NCBI GenBank assembly: GCA_943354835.1
Contig: CALRDH010000004.1
Location: 10,851-74,850 of the forward strand
Length of the DNA: 64,000 nucleotides
Direction of reading: 5' to 3'
Source: a candidate division WWE3 bacterium
GTDB lineage: Bacteria > Patescibacteriota > WWE3 > 2-01-FULL-39-13
Under the pieces are notes generated by a model that saw only the letters and a program-made list of their open reading frames with translations, searched no databases and had not been told where the DNA came from. Made by a program: the position numbers and the translations under genes. This document shows positions 58,597-64,000 of the stretch, piece by piece (positions within the stretch are counted from its first letter, which is position 1; each line of letters opens with the position of its first letter).

Positions 58597-59118
58597 CTAA
58601 GTCAAAACTGGTACTTCTATAATTCCTTCAAAGTAAAATTTATCCTTATTTCTTAAGATATAATCTTTCATAAATTTCTCAAGCGAAAATTTCCTATCTA
58701 GTTCATAGAATTTCTTATCCAAATCATCAAATTCTGGGTTTTCGTTTTCTAAACAATTAACTCTAATGCTCCGATCTTTACTTAGTCCATTACCCATTCT
58801 GTCTGAAGCATCTTTTAATATTTCATAAAAATCTTTTGCCCCCATTTCTTTTAATCCATCAAGAGCATCTTGAAACACTATTCCAGTTGAGTTAAAGAAA
58901 AACTGATCATGACCGCCATTATCAACTTCTGACCGATACCAACCAACTGCGAAAATATACTTTTGTTGTTTCGAGAATTTGTCTAAATCACTAATATATT
59001 TATCATTCCCATCGTAAATAGAAACGCTTTGAAAAAGAGGCGATACTATTCTCCAAGAGGTGTTTTGTTCAATATAGCTATCATTTATAGATATATTCTG
59101 TTTGGTATATTTAATCAT
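58597..59118 (-). CDS. DUF4375/DMP19-like protein
   Basis: EVDNGGHDQFFFNSTG and LDKKFY. Confidence 0.8.
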   Translation of the reverse strand: MIKYTKQNISINDSYIEQNTSWRIVSPLFQSVSIYDGNDKYISDLDKFSKQQKYIFAVGWYRSEVDNGGHDQFFFNSTGIVFQDALDGLKEMGAKDFYEILKDASDRMGNGLSKDRSIRVNCLENENPEFDDLDKKFYELDRKFSLEKFMKDYILRNKDKFYFEGIIEVPVLT

Positions 59119-59192
59119 ATCGACATTTTAGCATCATAAGTTTTTCTAGGCTGGGGATCGTTTACCTAGCTAGAACCTATTTTTCTCCACGT

Positions 59193-59960
59193 CTAGATAG
59201 CACTTAAGGATTCTTCCAAGTATTTTTTTACATAGTCGTAGAAATCACCCAGTTTAGCTCGTTCATTAATTGGTACAAATGGCCTAAGGTCAACAATAAA
59301 GTCGTTTTTATTAAATTTATTCAGACTTTCCAACAGTTTATCTTTGCTAAAAACCTCATCATAGTACGCAAGTTTTTTATTTATTAAATCCACATCTAAT
59401 TTGGCGCCAATTTCTAAAAGCAGCCATATATCGTAAAAATCACGATGTTTATTTCTTGTCATGATTGCACGAATTTTCTCTGCTAATATTTCATTTTTAC
59501 TAAGTGTGCTTATGAAACTTTGTATGATTATTGGATATTCAGTTTTAAGTATAGACTCAATAGGTTCAATAACCGACTCTCTCATTGAGAAATCAAGCCT
59601 TACGTACAAGGGTGAAGAAAATCCATTAATATTTGCCGTTAAAAGATATGTTTTTCCTGTCAACGTTTTCTTTTCTTTTATTTGATATGGATACGAAGCT
59701 GAAAGACTCTCAAATATTTTATTAATGCCTTCAATAAATCCTGCTTCATCAATGGAAACGGTAAAATCTAAGTCTTCTGAAAATCTTTTTCCACCATAAA
59801 TTAACCTTAATGCAGTTCCACCTTTAAAATAAATTCCTTTTGAGAGACTTGAAGTATATAGTTCTTTCAAGAAAGTAAGCTGAACATACTCCCTTGCAAT
59901 AACTGATTCGTTCGTGTTGTATCTCTTTGAGAGCTCTTTTATCTGATCTAGTGTAATCAT
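59193..59960 (-). CDS. AbiEii-type nucleotidyltransferase toxin
   Basis: FKGGTALRL..G..RFSEDLDF and AEKIRA...R...RDFYD. Confidence 0.92.
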   Translation of the reverse strand: MITLDQIKELSKRYNTNESVIAREYVQLTFLKELYTSSLSKGIYFKGGTALRLIYGGKRFSEDLDFTVSIDEAGFIEGINKIFESLSASYPYQIKEKKTLTGKTYLLTANINGFSSPLYVRLDFSMRESVIEPIESILKTEYPIIIQSFISTLSKNEILAEKIRAIMTRNKHRDFYDIWLLLEIGAKLDVDLINKKLAYYDEVFSKDKLLESLNKFNKNDFIVDLRPFVPINERAKLGDFYDYVKKYLEESLSAI

Positions 59961-60547
59961 ATATATTTATTCAGAATGTTACTAAAACTCTTTGCAAGAT
60001 CAACGTTTAACAATTTAGTAAATTCTTTCAATTTATCCATATCGATTTCCTTATAGTCTAGATTCTCTAAAGAATTTTCAGACCTCAATGATTTAATAAT
60101 CATATACACTTGATCGAAAAGTGCCTTTTCTTTTGTAGCCATTAAATAATTTTTTTCTAAAAAATATCCAGTAAACAAACTCTTATCAGTTTTTGAGTAC
60201 GTATATACTTTTCCTTCGACTTCTTTTTCAACTCTTCTTTTGGTTGTTGCGGAAGTAATTTCAAATGGAAACTGGCTCAAAATTCCATGATAATTTAAAG
60301 CAGTCTCAAATGATATATATGATGGACTATACAGAAACTGTGCGATTTCAAATGAAACAGGAGCCTTATCAGTAAGATAATATTTGCCTTTTTCTAATAC
60401 GGTTATGACCTTATCGTCGACGTATCTTTTTATTAAATTTTCAAGATTTCTTTGGTTGTCAATCTCTAAAAACTTAGCAATATCAAGCGTTGTAAACATA
60501 TTTTTATCGATTTTATAAAGTTTTTGGATGTTTGAATACGATGCCAT
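59957..60547 (-). CDS. AbiEi-type antitoxin
   Basis: N-terminal wHTH, PSYISFETAL.YHG and ATKEKALFD; overlaps the toxin start. Confidence 0.9.
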   Translation of the reverse strand: MASYSNIQKLYKIDKNMFTTLDIAKFLEIDNQRNLENLIKRYVDDKVITVLEKGKYYLTDKAPVSFEIAQFLYSPSYISFETALNYHGILSQFPFEITSATTKRRVEKEVEGKVYTYSKTDKSLFTGYFLEKNYLMATKEKALFDQVYMIIKSLRSENSLENLDYKEIDMDKLKEFTKLLNVDLAKSFSNILNKYI

Positions 60548-60549
60548 AT

Positions 60550-60585
60550 ACCACCGATATTAGGTGGTTTGCAACATCGCGTCAA
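60550..60585 (-). promoter_or_regulatory. abiE promoter TTGACG-N17-TAATAT with operator ACCACC-N7-GGTGGT
   Basis: -35 at 60580-60585, directly after the tRNA CCA; the inverted repeat 60550-60568 brackets the -10 box. Confidence 0.7.
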
Positions 60586-60586
60586 G

Positions 60587-60660
60587 TGGCTGCCCAGCTT
60601 GGATTCGAACCAAGATTATGCGATTCAGAGTCGCAGATCCTACCGTTAGATGACCGGGCA
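60587..60660 (-). tRNA. tRNA-Gln(CTG)
   Basis: Acceptor TGCCCGG/CTGGGCA, anticodon arm TGCGA-CTCTGAA-TCGCA, T-loop TTCGAAT, encoded CCA. Confidence 0.95.
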
Positions 60661-60717
60661 TTGTTTTTGCTCTGCTTATTCACAAGCTACGCTTATTTAC
60701 AAGCTGTGCTTATTTTA

Positions 60718-61470
60718 CTAATTTACTGTGGTTATTACTAGCTTAAGCATGAATTGTTCTGCCCCGCCTGGTTTTATTTTTACGCAATTTGAATCGTCGA
60801 GTATTGCATATTCATTACCAACCCAAGGTTCGAGGCAGATATGAGGGCGATTTGGTTCCAACCAAATCGCCAGAGTTTTTAGGTTTTCTGAAGTTTCCAC
60901 TTTTATATTCGCAATATTTTTAAGTGTAAAAATTATCTCTTTTGGTTTTTCTAGATAAATCGTGCTATCAAAATCAACAATTTTAAATATAAAATTATTT
61001 TTCTCCTCAATCGGTACATAAAAGTATGGATGAAATCCTATGGCAACAGGCATTTCGTTTTCTGAGTTGTTTTTTACAATCACGGTTTGTGAAAATGTAT
61101 TTTCTAAAACTTCAATTATCATCTTTATATCAAAATGATAAGGATAAATTTCAAAGGTTTCAGCGGAATCTTTCAAACTTAAAACAACCTTACTCGAATT
61201 ATTCTCCAAAAGTTCCCAAACCATATCTCTTGCGAATCCATGCTGTTTTAAATTTAGACCCTTTGAATTATCTTCTACGGCTTTTCCGGCATTTGGAAAT
61301 AAAAACGGAATTCCTCCACGATTTTTATAAATATCCCCTACTAAATATTTTCCAAATGGGAATAAAACATCTTTGCCTTCAAATTTGATACAAGAAATAG
61401 TGCCTCCATTTAGATCAATATCCGCGTCCAAATGTCCAAAAGAAACTGGTATTGCTTTTTCCATAAACAT
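60718..61470 (-). CDS. Aldose 1-epimerase/galactose mutarotase-like protein
   Basis: RGGIPFLFP, QHGFAR, GFHPYF and CLEPW. Confidence 0.9.
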   Translation of the reverse strand: MFMEKAIPVSFGHLDADIDLNGGTISCIKFEGKDVLFPFGKYLVGDIYKNRGGIPFLFPNAGKAVEDNSKGLNLKQHGFARDMVWELLENNSSKVVLSLKDSAETFEIYPYHFDIKMIIEVLENTFSQTVIVKNNSENEMPVAIGFHPYFYVPIEEKNNFIFKIVDFDSTIYLEKPKEIIFTLKNIANIKVETSENLKTLAIWLEPNRPHICLEPWVGNEYAILDDSNCVKIKPGGAEQFMLKLVITTVN

Positions 61471-61492
61471 ATTTAATAATGAATAGACAAAA

Positions 61493-62323
61493 ATGTCTAT
61501 CCAAAACGAGTATCTAACAATTATTGATAGCGATTATAAATACATATCTGTAAGCCAGCCTTATCTTGACCAAATCAAATTAGACACAAAAAGCGTTCTT
61601 GGAAAATCTGTCAAAGACATCTGGCAAGATCCTGAATCACAAAAAAAAATAATTGAAAGTATAGACCTCGCACTTTCAGGTGAAGAAGTAACCTTCCATG
61701 GAAACTTCAAATTTGGAAAAAAAACCAGTTCATACAGAGTAAAATACACACCTCTTTTAGAAAAAAATGGGAAGATTAATAAAATTGTAGTTTCAACACT
61801 AGATATTTCAGACGAGATAGACAAAATAAATCATACAAAAAGAAAATTAAGACTTGATGAATTAACAAAACTCAATAATAAAGAAGCATTCGAAAGCGAC
61901 ATAAAAATTGTAAATAAACTAGCAAGCTCTTATTCATTAATATCTATTGAAATCTACAACCTTCCATCTGTAAACGAAAAATTTCATTGCGAAGTTGGAG
62001 ATCTAGTCATTAGCAAATTTGCAGAATTTCTTACCAGACACCTCGCAAAATCTTCAAGCCTATATAGAATTGTCGGTGACAAATTCATAGCAATTTCATA
62101 TCTAACTAATGAAGAGGATGTCGAAAAAGTTTCAAAAAATTTAATAAAGAAATTAGAAAAAGCTCTATTCAATAGAAAATATTCAATAGGGATATCGGTT
62201 GGAAGTGTAGTTGTAACACATAAGACAAAAACACCAGTCGAAAAACAACTAAAAGCTTTAGAATCAAATCTAGAAAAAAGTAAAAAACTCGGCAAAAATA
62301 AATTTACCTATTCAGAGATTTAA
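61493..62323 (+). CDS. PAS plus degenerate GGDEF-domain protein
   Basis: PAS-like N-terminus; DELTKLNN; YRIVGDKF in place of GGDEF. Confidence 0.8.
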   Translation: MSIQNEYLTIIDSDYKYISVSQPYLDQIKLDTKSVLGKSVKDIWQDPESQKKIIESIDLALSGEEVTFHGNFKFGKKTSSYRVKYTPLLEKNGKINKIVVSTLDISDEIDKINHTKRKLRLDELTKLNNKEAFESDIKIVNKLASSYSLISIEIYNLPSVNEKFHCEVGDLVISKFAEFLTRHLAKSSSLYRIVGDKFIAISYLTNEEDVEKVSKNLIKKLEKALFNRKYSIGISVGSVVVTHKTKTPVEKQLKALESNLEKSKKLGKNKFTYSEI

Positions 62324-63779
62324 TAGTCTTTTCTTTACCAAAAATAAATATTGATTCAAATAAAGGCGGCGAAATTGTACTGCCTGCCAATAAAACTCTT
62401 ATTGGATGAAAAACCTCACCAACTTTCCAACCTAATTCTGATGCACGCTTTACAGTTTTCTCCTCAAGTCCCTTTAAGCTCTCTAAATTCCAATCTCCAA
62501 GATTCTCCAATTCTGACAAAAACCAATTCATATGGCTTTTGATTTCTTCCTTGGATTTATTTTTTGTCAAAAGTTCTTGATTAATTTCTGTGTCCTTAAC
62601 AAAAAAATTATTTAAAGGTAATAAATCTTCGAACTTTTTAATTCTTTGATTATTAATTTCAGCAAATAATAATTTGGTTTCATCATTTAATGAGTTCAAA
62701 AAATTAAGCATCAATTTATAATCGTTTGGTGTCCAATGTGTTTCGAACTCTGTCGCACCTTGATATTCAGAAGATATACAATATTTAAGCCACGAAGTTA
62801 GTCTATTAATAAATTCTTCATCTGAAAGATTTTGTAGGTATTGCCCGTTCATCCATTCCATTTTCACTAGATCAAATTTAGGACTTACTGCTGACAAATC
62901 TTTAAAATCAAAAACTTTTGAAAATTCATCAAACGAAAAAATTTCTTTACCTTCTGGATGGCTCCAGCCCAAAAGTGATATAAAATTTAAAACGGCTTCT
63001 GGTAAATAACCTTTCCTTCTAAACCAGTCGACACTTGAATGGCCTTTTCTTTTTGAAAGTTTCGCACCACTCATATCGGTAATTAATGGAGTGTGAACAA
63101 AAACAGGCATTTCCCAATCAAAATAATCGTATAAAAGTTTATGTTTTGGAAAAGAAGTAATCCATTCAGGACCTCGAAGGACATGAGTTATTTCCATAAG
63201 ATGATCATCAACCATTGCAGCTAAATGATACGTAGGAAATCCATTTCCCTTCATAATTACTTGATCATCAACAGCACTTGAATCAAATTCAATGTCTCCT
63301 CGTATCAAATCATGAACCAATATTTTTGTATTTTCTGGGATTTTCATTCTTATCACAAATTTCTCACCGGCATCAACTCTTTTTTTTGCTTCATCTATAT
63401 TTATTGATCTGCAATGTTTATCGTACATCGGTGGCACTTTCTTTTTTGATTGTTCTTCTCTTAGTTTTGTAAGTCTTTCTTCTGTGCAAAAACAATAATA
63501 AGCATGGCCTTTTTCAATTAACTCATCAGCATGTTTTTTGTATATATCTAACCTTTCAGATTGAATATAGGTTTCATCAAAAGAAATATTTACCCATTTT
63601 AAACCTTTATATAGTGCATCGACTGCACCTTCTACATATCTATTTGTATCAGTGTCTTCTATGCGAACTATAAATTTTCCATTATTTCTAATTGCAAAAG
63701 CTTTATCAAGTAATGCCTGATATAAAGTTCCTAAATGTAAAAAACCTGTAGGACTTGGAGCAATTCGTGTTTTTACCAT
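62304..63779 (-). CDS. gltX: Glutamate--tRNA ligase
   Basis: RIAPSPTGFLHLG, RIEDTD and KLSKR; start at ATG 63779, 6 nt after TATAAT. Confidence 0.96.
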   Translation of the reverse strand: MVKTRIAPSPTGFLHLGTLYQALLDKAFAIRNNGKFIVRIEDTDTNRYVEGAVDALYKGLKWVNISFDETYIQSERLDIYKKHADELIEKGHAYYCFCTEERLTKLREEQSKKKVPPMYDKHCRSINIDEAKKRVDAGEKFVIRMKIPENTKILVHDLIRGDIEFDSSAVDDQVIMKGNGFPTYHLAAMVDDHLMEITHVLRGPEWITSFPKHKLLYDYFDWEMPVFVHTPLITDMSGAKLSKRKGHSSVDWFRRKGYLPEAVLNFISLLGWSHPEGKEIFSFDEFSKVFDFKDLSAVSPKFDLVKMEWMNGQYLQNLSDEEFINRLTSWLKYCISSEYQGATEFETHWTPNDYKLMLNFLNSLNDETKLLFAEINNQRIKKFEDLLPLNNFFVKDTEINQELLTKNKSKEEIKSHMNWFLSELENLGDWNLESLKGLEEKTVKRASELGWKVGEVFHPIRVLLAGSTISPPLFESIFIFGKEKTIKSLNR

Positions 63780-63819
63780 GCATTGATTATACATGTGTCC
63801 ACCTATATACTGAAGCTGT

Positions 63820-64000
63820 ATGAACCTAGCAGAAACGCAAGAAAAAGTTAGAAAATTCCTAATAGTAGTCTCAATTGTAACTTTTGCTTATTACACATCA
63901 AAATTTATATTTTTTGAAAGCGTTAATTTATATAGAAGCTTTAACCCAATAAAAAAGCCTGAACCTATACATGCATATGGAATTCTTCCAAAACTAAAAA
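63820..64000 (+). CDS. Hypothetical membrane-anchored protein, truncated by the window end
   Basis: MNLAETQEKVRKFLIVVSIVTFAYY... open to the edge; TATACT 8 nt before the ATG. Confidence 0.6.
   Translation, partial: MNLAETQEKVRKFLIVVSIVTFAYYTSKFIFFESVNLYRSFNPIKKPEPIHAYGILPKLK

Noticed and set aside
46613-60585. Classical integron cassette array
   Set aside because: No attC-like RYYYAAC...GTTRRRY palindromes in the spacers, mixed gene orientation and no intI.
1-64000. Numerous 60-140 aa ORFs antisense to or nested in recognisable genes (e.g. 10-222, 1091-1294, 12071-12394, 50390-50803, 56400-56798)
   Set aside because: They are shadow frames of well-supported genes and carry no motifs.
1-64000. 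Alternative genetic code (TGA=Gly/Trp) as in some CPR lineages
   Set aside because: TGA terminates many conserved genes at the expected position (sufB, sufS, prfB) and RF2 is encoded.
1-64000. CRISPR array, rRNA, integrase or transposase genes
   Set aside because: No regularly spaced repeats, rRNA-like tracts or recombinase/transposase motifs were seen by eye.

Overview
AT-rich bacterial chromosome segment using the standard genetic code (TGA terminates many genes and prfB is present). Gene content and compact layout suggest a Patescibacteria/CPR genome, possibly WWE3/Microgenomates-like; this is inference. Housekeeping blocks: a GT2 glycosyltransferase, an ArsR-sufCBDSU-DUF1858-FNR-GalT-like-prfB-ftsEX-M23 run, pyrD, secA, uppP, serS, lysS, two greA copies, tgt, typA, a DEAD-box helicase, gltX, tRNA-Glu(CTC) and tRNA-Gln(CTG). 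Accessory patches lie at about 17.2-20.6 kb, 32.8-36.3 kb and 46.6-60.6 kb. The last is a long run of short genes (VapBC, AbiE, RhuM, IrrE-like, hydrolases) ending at the 3' end of tRNA-Gln. Most notable observations: (1) two apparently circularly permuted extracytoplasmic enzymes, an M23 peptidase next to ftsEX and a DsbA; (2) a 57-bp double-hairpin element inserted in frame in a hydrolase gene; (3) a promoter-hairpin-terminator unit predicting a ~55-nt RNA convergent with an NYN nuclease gene; (4) a -10 box 6-9 nt before the start codon of more than 20 genes (probable leaderless transcription), including a repeated 32-bp bidirectional promoter module; (5) accessory genes bracketed by diverged duplicates of gene or tRNA 3' ends; (6) a LysRS-B3/4 fusion. 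No rRNA, CRISPR array, integrase or transposase was recognised. All calls were made by eye, without database searches.
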